From the sequence record PQ464595.1: a stretch of DNA of 64,000 nt. One strand, written 5' to 3'. Under the pieces are notes generated by a model. It was not told where the DNA came from, ran no database searches, and was given only the letters and a program-made list of their open reading frames with translations. How positions within the stretch are numbered: the first letter of the stretch is position 1; every line of letters begins with the position of its first letter. Both the position numbers and the translations under genes were made by a program. Below are positions 1 through 9,918 of the stretch, in pieces.

Positions 1-165
1 AGCATTACTGGCCTTTAGTAAGCAAAAAAAATTTGCATAGTCTTTCGATGTTATATACAGAAAAGTCAAGGGATTACCTGTTCATTTTAAAAGTCAACCA
101 TTTTTTAGTTGACTTAACTATTTTTCAGATAATTCCTAAAGTACTGTAATCCTTCGTGTAACGCT

Positions 166-366
166 CTACACGCGGCGTACCGTACAGCCTGAGCCACCGT
201 ACTCTACGTGGTACTCTGAGCCAGCAGCCAGCCGCTGAAGGGCGTTGCCTAACGTGCGTAGCTTCTTATCGCTTAGTGGTATCTGTTGCTGTACGATAGT
301 GATAGCCTCGTCAGTACTGTTAGCCTGGCCTACGATAGATCCTAAGCAACCAATGACAGTGAACAT
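166..366 (-). CDS. hypothetical early protein
   Basis: ORF with GGAG RBS, on the strand used by all neighbours. Confidence 0.6.
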   Translation of the reverse strand: MFTVIGCLGSIVGQANSTDEAITIVQQQIPLSDKKLRTLGNALQRLAAGSEYHVEYGGSGCTVRRV

Positions 367-434
367 GTTTAGTACTCCTATAAAAGAATAAGCCCCGCTA
401 GATTAGCAGGGCTTGTCGGTACTGTCAAGGACTA

Positions 435-842
435 TTACAGCCCTAAGATGATACGGGCTTCGCCCTTCTCACGGATAGCGTTAACGATGAATGATAACGT
501 ATCGGAGTTAATGTCGCCATCAGCCATCGCCTGACGTGCTGGCTTAGTGTAAGCACCGAAGCCGCAACGGTTAATGGTAATGTCATCCAGGTTAGTGACG
601 TACAGGTTAGACAGTACTTTCTCTGCCTTGAATACCGCATCAATGGTATACTCTACGTTACCGTCATTGACGTTCTGTAACTCGATAACCTGACGAGCCG
701 CCCAACGTCTACACTCTCTTACCAGGGCAGGGAAAGCAACATCTACAGTACTGTTCTGTACAGCATAATCCAGGGCAGCGACGCCAAAGTTTTTAGCCAG
801 AACCAGAACATCGTTGAAAGAGTTAGTAGTGAATGTAGCCAT
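435..842 (-). CDS. hypothetical early protein
   Basis: 135-aa ORF, AGGAG RBS, followed by terminator hairpin. Confidence 0.8.
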   Translation of the reverse strand: MATFTTNSFNDVLVLAKNFGVAALDYAVQNSTVDVAFPALVRECRRWAARQVIELQNVNDGNVEYTIDAVFKAEKVLSNLYVTNLDDITINRCGFGAYTKPARQAMADGDINSDTLSFIVNAIREKGEARIILGL

Positions 843-899
843 GATGAATCTCCTGATTAAGAGCGGGAAGCGGTATTGCCTCCCGATGTGTTTAATATA

Positions 900-1166
900 C
901 TACTGTTCGACCTGGGACGCAAGTACTTTTAACTTATTTTTTAAACCTTGTACAACATAAGTTACCAGTACTGTATTGCCATTAATATCGGTAAGCTTAT
1001 ACATTCCATCCTGATATAAGCGAAGGAAGTAAGTAGGCTCGGCTGCATCTTCTTCTGTATCAATAGACCAGAATTCAATTGCTGCATCTTCTTCGTCCTT
1101 AACGTCCATCATATCGCCAAGGGCATACTCGCCAAACAGTTTCTTAATCAGTGTTGTTACTCTCAT
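900..1166 (-). CDS. hypothetical early protein
   Basis: GAGG RBS and TTGCGT-17-TATACT promoter upstream. Confidence 0.8.
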   Translation of the reverse strand: MRVTTLIKKLFGEYALGDMMDVKDEEDAAIEFWSIDTEEDAAEPTYFLRLYQDGMYKLTDINGNTVLVTYVVQGLKNKLKVLASQVEQ

Positions 1167-1257
1167 GTTTACTTCCTCGTGTTGGGTTATGTGTTAAGTA
1201 TACTCCACCAGCAGAAGAACGCAAGTACTTTTTACGATTTAATTTATATTATTTTTT

Positions 1258-1302
1258 GGACGGATCTTGCCACCCTAGAGGGTTAGTGCGTTTCGCCGCA
1301 TT
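1258..1302 (-). ncRNA. two-hairpin small RNA motif, copy A
   Basis: TGCG-GCGAAA-CGCA, ACCC-TCTA-GGGT, tail GGCAAGATCCGTCC; directly after TTGACT-17-TATAGT. Confidence 0.7.
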
Positions 1303-1349
1303 GATAGTACTATAACAAAAGGGCTGACCGAAGTCAACCCCTTTCTGAA

Positions 1350-1547
1350 TTAAAAATCGCAATGAACTGCGTCTTCACCCTGGCCGTGCGGATACAATTG
1401 ATCTTGCACTTCGCTCCACACATCGTTATAAGTGTTCGCGTTCTCTTGAGTGTACTCGCCGAGTACTGCTTCCATTGCCTCATTGATGCCGAGGTGTTTA
1501 CGTGCGAGTACGTTGTTTGCGAGTTGCTTGATTCTTTCAGTAGCCAT
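1350..1547 (-). CDS. hypothetical early protein
   Basis: GGAG RBS, own promoter. Confidence 0.75.
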   Translation of the reverse strand: MATERIKQLANNVLARKHLGINEAMEAVLGEYTQENANTYNDVWSEVQDQLYPHGQGEDAVHCDF

Positions 1548-1618
1548 TCTGTTACTCTCCGTTGTTTCAGTACTGATAGTATATGACAGGGGCTAACTGT
1601 TGTCAACCCCTAATTTGA

Positions 1619-1927
1619 TTAATCCAGTAAACCCATACGATCCGCAACCTGCCATGCTTCTGACCCGTATACTGGTTCAATCTCATTCCAGTGATCCGGG
1701 TTCAGACTTCCACCAGCAGCAAGATGTTTCTCAATTGCCAGGATACGGCGATTCTGTTTCTCACGTACTGCCTGTTGTTCGTGGAGTTCGTGAGTCATTT
1801 CGCTAGAAGTTTTCAGGGCAATGCGACGGCCTGTTTCTGTATCCTGACCAACGATGTAAAAGCTTGAGGCTTCTTGACCGTTATACTCTACCAGGTCATG
1901 ACGTACAAAAAAGGTTAATCTAGACAT
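1619..1927 (-). CDS. hypothetical early protein
   Basis: 102-aa ORF, own promoter. Confidence 0.8.
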   Translation of the reverse strand: MSRLTFFVRHDLVEYNGQEASSFYIVGQDTETGRRIALKTSSEMTHELHEQQAVREKQNRRILAIEKHLAAGGSLNPDHWNEIEPVYGSEAWQVADRMGLLD

Positions 1928-2004
1928 TTGTTTACTTCCTGTTGTTGTTTCAGTACTGATAGAATAGCAAAGGGGCTGAACTATGTCAACCCCTTATTTG
2001 TACT

Positions 2005-2847
2005 TTATGCGGCATCTACTAATGAAGTTGCCAACTGCCACAATTTAGAGTTAAAGTCTAAATTCTTGTCGATGTTAGTCACGCCACGTGTTGTACGGCG
2101 GCGGCCTGTATCAGTGCGGCCTGATTGTCCACCAGCCATTACGTTTTGCTGTACGATGTTAAACGTACTGTAAAGGCTGTTGCTGTTACGATCAGTACTG
2201 TTCACGTTGCGAGTATTCAACAACTGTTCAGGACTGTACAGGAAGTTGATCCCTTCGCCTGGTTTTGGTAAACCTTCTTTGGCGAAGTAACCAGCAACGG
2301 CAAATGATTTGCGTTGTTTGTCGTCTAACTGGATGCGTGACATTTCGCCTTTGTAACGGTCGATAAGGTCGAAGTCTTTAACAACCTCGAATACACCTTC
2401 GATCACGTCATCCATGATGTTATGGCCTTTGTGATAGATCTTAGTGTTGCTTTGAGTGTTACCCATTACCAGGCCGTTAGCACAAACGAAACGGAATTGA
2501 CCACTGATCAACTGATAAGCACTAGTGCCATCATTAGCATTCAGAAGGATGATTTCGTTTGCTTCACCTTCTTTCATACCAGGTTGACGGAAACGCAACA
2601 TATGCTTTGTGAATTCGCGTTTTGATTCATCGCGTACACGTGCTTGCGTTGCGAACATCGGGAAGTAGTTTTCCTGAGCGAGACGATCAATCACGTCGAT
2701 AGTTGGCACTGGTGCGAACTTAGCTGAACGTGATTCGTGTGCATCGTACTGGAATACTGACGGTACTACGTCCAGCAGTTCAGTTCTGGTCAGTGGGCGG
2801 TTTTCTTTGATTGCTTTACCGTTGATACCCTGATACATCTTAATCAT
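2005..2847 (-). CDS. DUF932/DUF945 family protein
   Basis: Recognisable motifs PSVF..HESRS, FTKHMLRFR, EIILLNANDGTSAYQL..GQFRFVCANGLV. Confidence 0.88.
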   Translation of the reverse strand: MIKMYQGINGKAIKENRPLTRTELLDVVPSVFQYDAHESRSAKFAPVPTIDVIDRLAQENYFPMFATQARVRDESKREFTKHMLRFRQPGMKEGEANEIILLNANDGTSAYQLISGQFRFVCANGLVMGNTQSNTKIYHKGHNIMDDVIEGVFEVVKDFDLIDRYKGEMSRIQLDDKQRKSFAVAGYFAKEGLPKPGEGINFLYSPEQLLNTRNVNSTDRNSNSLYSTFNIVQQNVMAGGQSGRTDTGRRRTTRGVTNIDKNLDFNSKLWQLATSLVDAA

Positions 2848-2923
2848 GATTCGTTCCTCTCGTTTGGTGTAAGGTAATAGTACTGGATTTTGTTTATGTT
2901 GTCCAGTACTATTTTGAATTTAA

Positions 2924-3163
2924 TTACTCGATTCCGCCATCAACAGGCCAGCAATCACGAATGAATTTAGAACGGGATGGATCATCTTTCAGTGTCTTTG
3001 TCAAGAGTACTGCGTGATCTTCCGCACCTTTTTCAGTACTGAATTCCGCACCTGGTTGATAGTGCTGGCGGTTGTTGTCGTGGTCAAGGGCTACAACGTC
3101 GAACGGACGAGCATCGCGATCAGACCAGACTCTTACTTTAAATTCAATTCCTGATTTAGCCAT
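2924..3163 (-). CDS. hypothetical protein (start moved to MAKSGIEF)
   Basis: GAGG RBS before ATG at 3163; the track's longer N-terminus runs through the promoter. Confidence 0.7.
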   Translation of the reverse strand: MAKSGIEFKVRVWSDRDARPFDVVALDHDNNRQHYQPGAEFSTEKGAEDHAVLLTKTLKDDPSRSKFIRDCWPVDGGIE

Positions 3164-3293
3164 TTTGTTTTGCCTCATTGCTGTTTCAATAACTTCATTA
3201 TACGTTATCCTGGGTTGAATGCAAGTACTATTCACGTTTTAATTTAAAAATAATTACTGTACATTCATCCAGTACTAATAGATTTTGAATACA

Positions 3294-3332
3294 CTATGCC
3301 ACCCTATAGGGTTAGTCAGTTTCGCCTGATTG
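3294..3332 (-). ncRNA. two-hairpin small RNA motif, copy B
   Basis: TCAG-GCGAAA-CTGA, ACCC-TATA-GGGT; tail diverged after GGCA; own sigma70 promoter. Confidence 0.65.
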
Positions 3333-3376
3333 ATAACAGTATAGCAAAAAAGGGCTGAACGTGTCAACCCTTTCTA

Positions 3377-3547
3377 TTAAAATATTTGCATTTCTTTTGC
3401 TACTGCCAGGCTGTAATAATAAAGAGCATACCAGGGCTTGACAAACGTTGTGGTGCAGTTATTAATATCTGCGTGGTTAAGTGTTAGTACTCCACGATTA
3501 GAATACAATCTAACTTTGCCGTTTCTGAATGATTTAAGTTCACGCAT
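3377..3547 (-). CDS. small hypothetical protein (56 aa, not in ORF track)
   Basis: MRELKSFRNGKV...; ATG 2 nt after the upstream stop. Confidence 0.55.
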   Translation of the reverse strand: MRELKSFRNGKVRLYSNRGVLTLNHADINNCTTTFVKPWYALYYYSLAVAKEMQIF

Positions 3548-3549
3548 GA

Positions 3550-3672
3550 TTAGAATACCAGTACGAAAGCGATGATTGTAATAATAGTAAGACGGATAAT
3601 GTCTTCCATATGTTTAGCTTCAATGTGTGCTAAACTTTCTTCTGTGTACTCTACAACGTATTTGGTTTTCAT
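3550..3672 (-). CDS. small protein with C-terminal hydrophobic helix (40 aa)
   Basis: GGAGG RBS, own promoter; MKTKYVVE...IIRLTIITIIAFVLVF. Confidence 0.6.
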   Translation of the reverse strand: MKTKYVVEYTEESLAHIEAKHMEDIIRLTIITIIAFVLVF

Positions 3673-3742
3673 GTTGCTATCCTCCGTTTCAGTACTGATA
3701 GAATAGCAAAAGGGCTTAACCTAAGTCAAGCCCTATTTTGAA

Positions 3743-4321
3743 TTAAAGGTAAGTTACTGACGCGTCGCGGGGATCTTCTTCAAAGTCCATATCATTTGCG
3801 ATGATAGTTTGTTTAACTTGTTCATCGCTGATAAGATCGTAATACGCTGTATCTAAATCAGAGTAGTATTCTTTACCCTGTTCAGTGATAAAGCCGTCGA
3901 TTTCTTTTTCAAGTTCTTCATACATTTCAGACTTTTTAGAAGTCATTTCGATATACCATTCACCGGACAACTCTGCGGCTGTAGTGTTGTAGTGAACATA
4001 ACGTGAACCGTGATCGCGGCTTACTTTACAGGTAATATCTTTAATGCGAATATGCTCATGTAAGCAACGGTAATGCGTCCAGCGTTTTTGTGAACGTAAA
4101 AACTTCTCAATATCCACATTGCCAGCCGTGAAACTTGCACCGTCGCCTTGTGAACAAAACCCGGAGTACTGAGATTCTACATCTTCAAAACCTACAGCTT
4201 CCAGAATAGAATGATGTTTCTCTTTAACCCAATCATTCCATTCCTGATAGTCAACGTTAATATCTCTGTTCAGTTCAATTGCTTTTTCTTGCTGTTCTGC
4301 GTTCAGTTCGTTAAATTTCAT
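3743..4321 (-). CDS. hypothetical protein (start MKFNELNAEQQEKAIE)
   Basis: Long ORF; GAG RBS before ATG at 4321. Confidence 0.8.
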   Translation of the reverse strand: MKFNELNAEQQEKAIELNRDINVDYQEWNDWVKEKHHSILEAVGFEDVESQYSGFCSQGDGASFTAGNVDIEKFLRSQKRWTHYRCLHEHIRIKDITCKVSRDHGSRYVHYNTTAAELSGEWYIEMTSKKSEMYEELEKEIDGFITEQGKEYYSDLDTAYYDLISDEQVKQTIIANDMDFEEDPRDASVTYL

Positions 4322-4473
4322 TTTGATATTCTCGCTTAAATGATTAAGGCCATTCCCTAATCCATGTAAAAGATTATACAGTACTGGATGAATAACGCAA
4401 GTACTATTCACGATTTAATTTATAAATGTTTACCTGTACAGATATACAGTACTTTTTAGTACTAAAAGCCATT

Positions 4474-4518
4474 GGACGTAACTTGCCACCCTATAGGGTT
4501 AGTCCATTTCGCTGGAGT
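4474..4518 (-). ncRNA. two-hairpin small RNA motif, copy C
   Basis: TCCA-GCGAAA-TGGA, ACCC-TATA-GGGT, GGCAAGTTACGTCC; TTGACT-17-TATACT upstream. Confidence 0.7.
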
Positions 4519-4566
4519 GAATACAGTATAGCAAAAAGGGCTAACCGAAGTCAACCCTTTATTTTC

Positions 4567-4788
4567 TTAATGTACTGCTTTAAAATCTTCCAACGTGAAA
4601 GGCATTGCCAGGGCGTTAATCTTATCCGCGATGATCTGGCGGTTAAAACCACTTAATGCGTTATTGACCAGGAGGCAACCCAACACGTTAAACTGATTGA
4701 AATCGCATACCTGGTTAATAGCTGCGTTTGATGCGATAGTTACTTCATCAGGTTCAGCGAAAAATTCTCTTAACATATCTTCAATCAT
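4567..4788 (-). CDS. hypothetical protein
   Basis: GAGG RBS, own promoter. Confidence 0.7.
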   Translation of the reverse strand: MIEDMLREFFAEPDEVTIASNAAINQVCDFNQFNVLGCLLVNNALSGFNRQIIADKINALAMPFTLEDFKAVH

Positions 4789-4862
4789 GGTAGTACCCTC
4801 GTTTGTTTTCAGTACTGATATTATTGATCAGGGGCGAACATATGTCAACCCCTGGAATGAAA

Positions 4863-5213
4863 TTAATTACAATGATAAACGATCTTGACAGGAAGATAAA
4901 CGCCGTGTTGAGGTACTGACGTTTTCATGGTAAACATAGATCCGGCCTGTTCGATTGTGCCAGTATCATTCCGGTAGATACTGTAATCTTTCCAGAATTG
5001 AACTACGTCCATATCTGTATCTTTCACCTGAACTTCGATCACTGGTTCAGTAACAGTGATTTGAATAATATGTTCAGGAGCGGCATTATCAACTTTCTGA
5101 TAGTTACCGTCGCCAGTACCTTGATACAGTGTGTAGCTAGGGCAAGTATAAACCTGAGTACCAGCGTTCGCGTATGATGCCACCAGCAGACCTAACAGAA
5201 GAAGTTTTCTCAT
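4863..5213 (-). CDS. putative exported protein
   Basis: Signal-peptide-like N-terminus MRKLLLLGLLVASYANA. Confidence 0.7.
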   Translation of the reverse strand: MRKLLLLGLLVASYANAGTQVYTCPSYTLYQGTGDGNYQKVDNAAPEHIIQITVTEPVIEVQVKDTDMDVVQFWKDYSIYRNDTGTIEQAGSMFTMKTSVPQHGVYLPVKIVYHCN

Positions 5214-5254
5214 TTCGTTGTACCTTGTTTGTTTTTCAGTACTGATAGAATAGC

Positions 5255-5283
5255 AAAAGGGTTAACCGAAGTCAACCCTTATT
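5255..5283 (-). terminator. intrinsic terminator overlapping a sigma70 promoter (example of a repeated module)
   Basis: GGGTTGAC-TTCG-GTTAACCC-TTTT immediately after a stop codon; TTGACT in the 5' arm, TATTCT 17 nt downstream. Confidence 0.75.
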
Positions 5284-5284
5284 T

Positions 5285-5755
5285 TTAAACTGATTGTATT
5301 GCGTTCATGATAGCTTCATACTTATCATAAACATCATCTGATTCTGTGTTGTGTGCGGCGTGAAAAACTGCCTTGACAGCGGCTTGATATTGTGCTGGTG
5401 GCACGGCCTTTAATGCTGTAGTAATATCTTTAATGTACGTTGGTTCGTCTTTGAACATAGCACGTAAGACATTAGGCAGATCTTTAATAGATGGTTCTGG
5501 TGTAGGTTCGCGGCCTGGCATGAGTCCTAACGATTTAAAGTACTTTAACTTTTCATCTGGATTCATGCGGGAAGTATCTATACCCTGTGATGGCATAGTG
5601 TTTAGCTTACCTTGTAAGCCTGTTCCCTGGTTACGTGATGAATGTTCGCCACCTTCACCAGCATTATGAGAATTAGATCTACGATTGCCATGACTCCACT
5701 TGTCAGCGTGTCCAGCCATTGTAGCATCTTTTTTGTTAACGAATTTACCTGGCAT
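5285..5755 (-). CDS. hypothetical protein
   Basis: AGGGG RBS before MPGKFVN. Confidence 0.7.
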   Translation of the reverse strand: MPGKFVNKKDATMAGHADKWSHGNRRSNSHNAGEGGEHSSRNQGTGLQGKLNTMPSQGIDTSRMNPDEKLKYFKSLGLMPGREPTPEPSIKDLPNVLRAMFKDEPTYIKDITTALKAVPPAQYQAAVKAVFHAAHNTESDDVYDKYEAIMNAIQSV

Positions 5756-5802
5756 AATAAAATCCCCTATACGATTATTATAATCATATTTAGGGGATTC
5801 TG

Positions 5803-6045
5803 TCAACGTCGAGCAATGAAATTGTTATATTGTTCATGAGTCATTAGGTTAAGTTTGCCATTGTCAATTACAATACGTTCATTGCGTGATACTTCTATCA
5901 CACTGAACAAGCCACAATTCAATTTGCGTGGTCTGACTTGTCCACCTTTATATTCTCGCACAATACGAATAGCCTTGTCAAGTACTTTAGTCTGAGCTTT
6001 AAAATGGATTCGTAATTGTGTATCATCTATCATGATCTTTTTCAT
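5803..6045 (-). CDS. hypothetical protein
   Basis: GGGGTG RBS before MKKIMIDD. Confidence 0.65.
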   Translation of the reverse strand: MKKIMIDDTQLRIHFKAQTKVLDKAIRIVREYKGGQVRPRKLNCGLFSVIEVSRNERIVIDNGKLNLMTHEQYNNFIARR

Positions 6046-6095
6046 TGATACACCCCAGGAATAAACAGGGGGCATATAACCCCCTGTATCGCATT

Positions 6096-6488
6096 TTAAG
6101 AGACTTTCTGTAAGTGTTTAGCCAGACGTACCGCCGTCATACTACGACGCCATGAGACACGGCACGGCTTGTTATTTGGCGTTTTCAGAGTCTGTTCGCC
6201 GATAATACCTGGCCGCTGGTTAGTGATAGTACTGGCATCCATCATCAGACGTTCACGCTTCAGGAAGTCAATAGTACTGTCAATCGCGGTATCCATTGAT
6301 TGATGCATCTCAATCTCTGAATGCTGTACAGTTTCCTGTACTTCTGGTACTTCCACCAGCACCGCCCAACGTTCACCAGTTGCAGCGTCTTTGCCGAAGT
6401 CTTTGAACTTTGCACTTTCGGCAGTACTCTCGTTCAGGAAGTTACGAGCCAGTGTTCTTGTACCGAAAAAGTGAGTCTGAGTAGTCAT
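6096..6488 (-). CDS. hypothetical early protein
   Basis: AAGGA RBS, AGTACTTGCGT-type promoter. Confidence 0.8.
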   Translation of the reverse strand: MTTQTHFFGTRTLARNFLNESTAESAKFKDFGKDAATGERWAVLVEVPEVQETVQHSEIEMHQSMDTAIDSTIDFLKRERLMMDASTITNQRPGIIGEQTLKTPNNKPCRVSWRRSMTAVRLAKHLQKVS

Positions 6489-6559
6489 TGTTTCTTTCCT
6501 TCTGTGTGGTTGATGTAAGTACTATAACAGTACTGATTGAATAACGCAAGTATTATTTT

Positions 6560-6970
6560 TTACTTTACAAAAGCTTTACCAGTTTGATAAATGTCAATAG
6601 CTTTCTTTGCCATTTCGTGCCGTTCAACATTCAAGCCTACAGCTTGCCACAATGCCTGGTATTGTCCGTTATTATTCACAAGGAACATAACCATATCATT
6701 TAATGTCTTTAGCTTGTATTCGCGAGGATGTTCTTTATTATAACGTTCCTTCGCTCGGTTGTACAACCTTTTTCTTTTAGGATCTGTAATATTTCCGAAT
6801 CCTGAAGTCTTGCCACGGTTGATCATTTCGTTATAATAATCATCCTCTGTGCGGTACTTCCTACGAGCACCCTGCCCCGCTGTGTTACGTGCGATCTCGT
6901 CAAGGGCAGTAGCTATACCTTTCGGCAACCCATAAACATTTTGACCCATTATTTCTTTTCCAATACACAA
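6560..6970 (-). CDS. hypothetical basic protein
   Basis: ORF on the coding strand; start uncertain. Confidence 0.65.
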   Translation of the reverse strand: MCIGKEIMGQNVYGLPKGIATALDEIARNTAGQGARRKYRTEDDYYNEMINRGKTSGFGNITDPKRKRLYNRAKERYNKEHPREYKLKTLNDMVMFLVNNNGQYQALWQAVGLNVERHEMAKKAIDIYQTGKAFVK

Positions 6971-7302
6971 TTGAATGATGAATTTTCAGTACTGATAAGC
7001 CCCATCATTTCATTCTTATCAGTATTCCATAAAGGAACGGTAACAACATGATTATGCCCTACAATATCCCCACGTTCCATATTAATGATTTGTGTGGTAG
7101 TTAATGTAAATTCTTCGTTTGAAATATAACGAGAATCATCATGAGTTTTGATAGTACAATTGTAAATTGGATCTACAGTACTAACGGGATTTACAGTTAC
7201 CTTGACAACAGGTGGAGTCTTATTAGATTCTACCCAACGGCCTGTATGAATGCCAGCGGAAAAAGCCAGTACTGCGATTGCTACTACTGCGATTCTTTTC
7301 AT
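6949..7302 (-). CDS. putative exported or membrane-anchored protein
   Basis: GGAG RBS before MKRIAVVAIAVLAFSAG. Confidence 0.7.
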   Translation of the reverse strand: MKRIAVVAIAVLAFSAGIHTGRWVESNKTPPVVKVTVNPVSTVDPIYNCTIKTHDDSRYISNEEFTLTTTQIINMERGDIVGHNHVVTVPLWNTDKNEMMGLISTENSSFNCVLEKK

Positions 7303-7375
7303 TTCAATTCTCCGTTCACTTGATGTAATCATTATAAAGTACTCGCATACATAAAGCAAGTACTTTTGATAATGT

Positions 7376-7501
7376 TTACTCGCAAGTATAGCTATTGCCA
7401 GATTGACCCATTATCAGGGTACAGGTATTATTTGAATACGTGACAGTACAACCACGTAAAGCAAAGAATACCACAACGGCGATAAGTATAAACTTAAGCA
7501 T
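7376..7501 (-). CDS. small putative lipoprotein (41 aa, not in track)
   Basis: MLKFILIAVVVFFALRGC lipobox-like; start overlaps the upstream gene end. Confidence 0.55.
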   Translation of the reverse strand: MLKFILIAVVVFFALRGCTVTYSNNTCTLIMGQSGNSYTCE

Positions 7502-7694
7502 TTGCGATCTCCTGGTTATATGTTACCATCCACGCTTTTTCGTGGGCTTTAAACATCTTGGCAAGATCAAGATCAATCTTACGGAAAGCGTCATCATGTT
7601 TCCATGATCTAGCACCTTTGAGGTACTTAGCACGGCTTTCGCGGTTTTCACGAGCCGCCATAAGTGGGAACGAAATCACTGGACCGATGAACAT
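7494..7694 (-). CDS. hypothetical protein
   Basis: GGAGG RBS before MFIGPV. Confidence 0.65.
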   Translation of the reverse strand: MFIGPVISFPLMAARENRESRAKYLKGARSWKHDDAFRKIDLDLAKMFKAHEKAWMVTYNQEIANA

Positions 7695-7836
7695 ATTGCT
7701 ACCCTCCATGCGATTCACCGTGAACCGCTTCGATGTGATAATAGTACTACTAACAGAAAACAAAAGCAAGAGTTATTTTAAAGAATGCAAAAGAAAAAGC
7801 CCCAATTAAGGGGCTTGACTTTTCAGTACTGTTATG

Positions 7837-8706
7837 TTACTTCTGGCCTGGTAGTGAAACACCAGTCAGTGAGCTATTAGGCACAACAGTAGTCGGGCTA
7901 ATACCGTTCCACGTGGTGGCGTAGGTATACGCTACGAGAGTATCGCCAGCCTGTTTCAACGCTTCGCCTTTAGCACGGATTGCCGATGCTTCTGCGTCGC
8001 CTTTCGCCTTGATACCGTTCGCCTCTGCTACTAACTGAGCATACTTAGAATCAGCGGCGGCTTTCGCATTAGTCAACTGGATCTGAGAAGTAATTTTAGC
8101 TTTTTCCCATTCCTGCTGTGACTGTTCAACGGCTACCTGTGCCGTCATACGAGTTTCAACCGCTTTATCATATGCTGGCGAGAAAGACAAGCCCTCGATC
8201 TGAATACTGGAGATCGTTACAGGTTCGTTCTTCATAGCCTCTTTCACGGCCTTGTTAACGTCAGCCACCAGCCGTGTGCGATCCTGTACAGCACTGATTG
8301 CTGTATACTGACCGAATACGTTTTCCAGGGCTTGCGGAATCTGGCGATCAATAACACGTGCGATCATCGCTTCAACAGTGTTATATTTCTTATACAGATC
8401 CTCGACCTGACCAGGCGTTACGTTGAACGATACAGATACTGCCATATCTGCTGGCTGCTGATCGCGGCTATATGCCTGGAGCTTTTCCCAACGGCGTGAT
8501 TCGCCAGTTACGGAAATGTCTTTAGTACTGGTAACAAACGGCATCACCAGGTGGAAACCGGGTTGAGCCACTTCGACGAATTTACCGTTTCGCAGTACTA
8601 CAGTACGCTCTGTTTCTTGCGTGGTGAATGACGACGCGATAGCTGAGATTAACAGTACTAACGCACCGAAACCAACCAGACCCCAGGACACAAATTTCTT
8701 TGACAT
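7837..8706 (-). CDS. SPFH/band 7/prohibitin family membrane protein
   Basis: N-terminal TM, VVLRNGK...PGFHLVMPF, SPFH core and Ala/Lys coiled coil. Confidence 0.92.
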   Translation of the reverse strand: MSKKFVSWGLVGFGALVLLISAIASSFTTQETERTVVLRNGKFVEVAQPGFHLVMPFVTSTKDISVTGESRRWEKLQAYSRDQQPADMAVSVSFNVTPGQVEDLYKKYNTVEAMIARVIDRQIPQALENVFGQYTAISAVQDRTRLVADVNKAVKEAMKNEPVTISSIQIEGLSFSPAYDKAVETRMTAQVAVEQSQQEWEKAKITSQIQLTNAKAAADSKYAQLVAEANGIKAKGDAEASAIRAKGEALKQAGDTLVAYTYATTWNGISPTTVVPNSSLTGVSLPGQK

Positions 8707-8715
8707 AGTATTACC

Positions 8716-8904
8716 TCATGTTATTTTACCGGATGAATTGTACAGGAAAGATGGAATATCTTTCTTGTTTAAATCTACTACAAAAGAAGGATCGATTGCT
8801 TTACAATGTTCAATCGCTCTTTCCATTGTCATTTTTGGTGCATCAGACTTCTGACGTAAATCGTTCTGAGTCTGAAACATTCTACGAATTGGGATAACTC
8901 TCAT
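8716..8904 (-). CDS. hypothetical protein
   Basis: Coupled to neighbours. Confidence 0.55.
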   Translation of the reverse strand: MRVIPIRRMFQTQNDLRQKSDAPKMTMERAIEHCKAIDPSFVVDLNKKDIPSFLYNSSGKIT

Positions 8905-9125
8905 TTAAAATATTCCTTCGTGATTTCAATGTCACTAATGATAACAGGCTGTTCAGAAGTATGCAAGTACTTTTCAACATATTTTTCAGCTTGTTCTTTC
9001 AGTACGAAAGTTTTAACCTCAAACGAATTATACGCAGGAATCGCATTACATGCAAGGAATTGTCCAGAAATAATTCCACGTCTACCATTAAGTAAAGAAC
9101 TTTTAAAACTAATCGCAAAAGCCAT
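8901..9125 (-). CDS. hypothetical protein
   Basis: GAGG RBS, own promoter. Confidence 0.65.
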   Translation of the reverse strand: MAFAISFKSSLLNGRRGIISGQFLACNAIPAYNSFEVKTFVLKEQAEKYVEKYLHTSEQPVIISDIEITKEYFK

Positions 9126-9240
9126 TTAACAAATCCTCTTAAGTTGATGAAAGAAGTATATCAGTACTAAATCATAAACACAAGGAATTTATTCAAAAAC
9201 TTTTCCTTGACAACAGCATCACGTTCCCCTATAATTACTA

Positions 9241-9287
9241 CATAGACGCGAGAAAGCGGGAACCCCAGGGGGTGGGATAATCCGTCC
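9241..9287 (+). ncRNA. two-hairpin small RNA motif, copy D (antisense to gene flow)
   Basis: TTGACA(9207)-17-TATAAT(9230); CGC-GAGAAA-GCG, ACCCC-AG-GGGGT, GGGATAATCCGTCC. Confidence 0.7.
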
Positions 9288-9346
9288 ATAAGTTATAATG
9301 CTGTATATAAAAACAGTACTGGATATTTCACCAGTACTTTATGTTT

Positions 9347-9646
9347 TTAGCTGAAAATGTAACGTGATCCGCCGAAGTAATCAACGTTGACCATAACAGC
9401 TTTATCTGTTACAATCGTGTGTTGCGTAGTCCAGCCAATCAGGTTAGTACCTTCGAATAAGGCCATATGACCATAACCATATTCGACAAGTGCTGTCAAG
9501 TCGCCTTTTTCTTCAACGACACGCCAGGCATAGGGGGAACCGTCTTTCAGCCACAACGCACAATCTGAATAATCAGGACTGAGCTTATGTTCTTTGTCAG
9601 AAAGTACTTTTGCGACTTCTGCCATCAGTACTGCTAACTTATCCAT
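9347..9646 (-). CDS. hypothetical protein
   Basis: GAGG RBS before MDKLAVL. Confidence 0.7.
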   Translation of the reverse strand: MDKLAVLMAEVAKVLSDKEHKLSPDYSDCALWLKDGSPYAWRVVEEKGDLTALVEYGYGHMALFEGTNLIGWTTQHTIVTDKAVMVNVDYFGGSRYIFS

Positions 9647-9724
9647 CTGTCTATCCTCTCGCTTAATGTGTAACTTCATTATAAAGTACTCGCATTCAAT
9701 AAGCAAGTACTTTTGATAATGATT

Positions 9725-9916
9725 TTACGCCGTGCGGATCACTGTGATATTAGTGTCAATATCAATTGACGTTCCCACTTCCAGATCGATGATAGCACAC
9801 AATTCATCGTTGGTCAAATCTGGTACAGTACTGATAACATCCAGCAGATTTAACCGATGATCCGTGTTATCATCATTGCCGATAGTGTATTCACGTTTCA
9901 CCATTTGAATAGCCAT
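9725..9916 (-). CDS. hypothetical protein
   Basis: GGAGG RBS. Confidence 0.65.
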   Translation of the reverse strand: MAIQMVKREYTIGNDDNTDHRLNLLDVISTVPDLTNDELCAIIDLEVGTSIDIDTNITVIRTA

Positions 9917-9918
9917 TG

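Noticed and set aside
7395-7420. Possible 11th copy of the small RNA motif (ACCC-TGATAAT-GGGT...GGCAA)
   Set aside because: Lacks the GCGAAA hairpin and a promoter, and lies inside a plausible 41-aa lipoprotein ORF.
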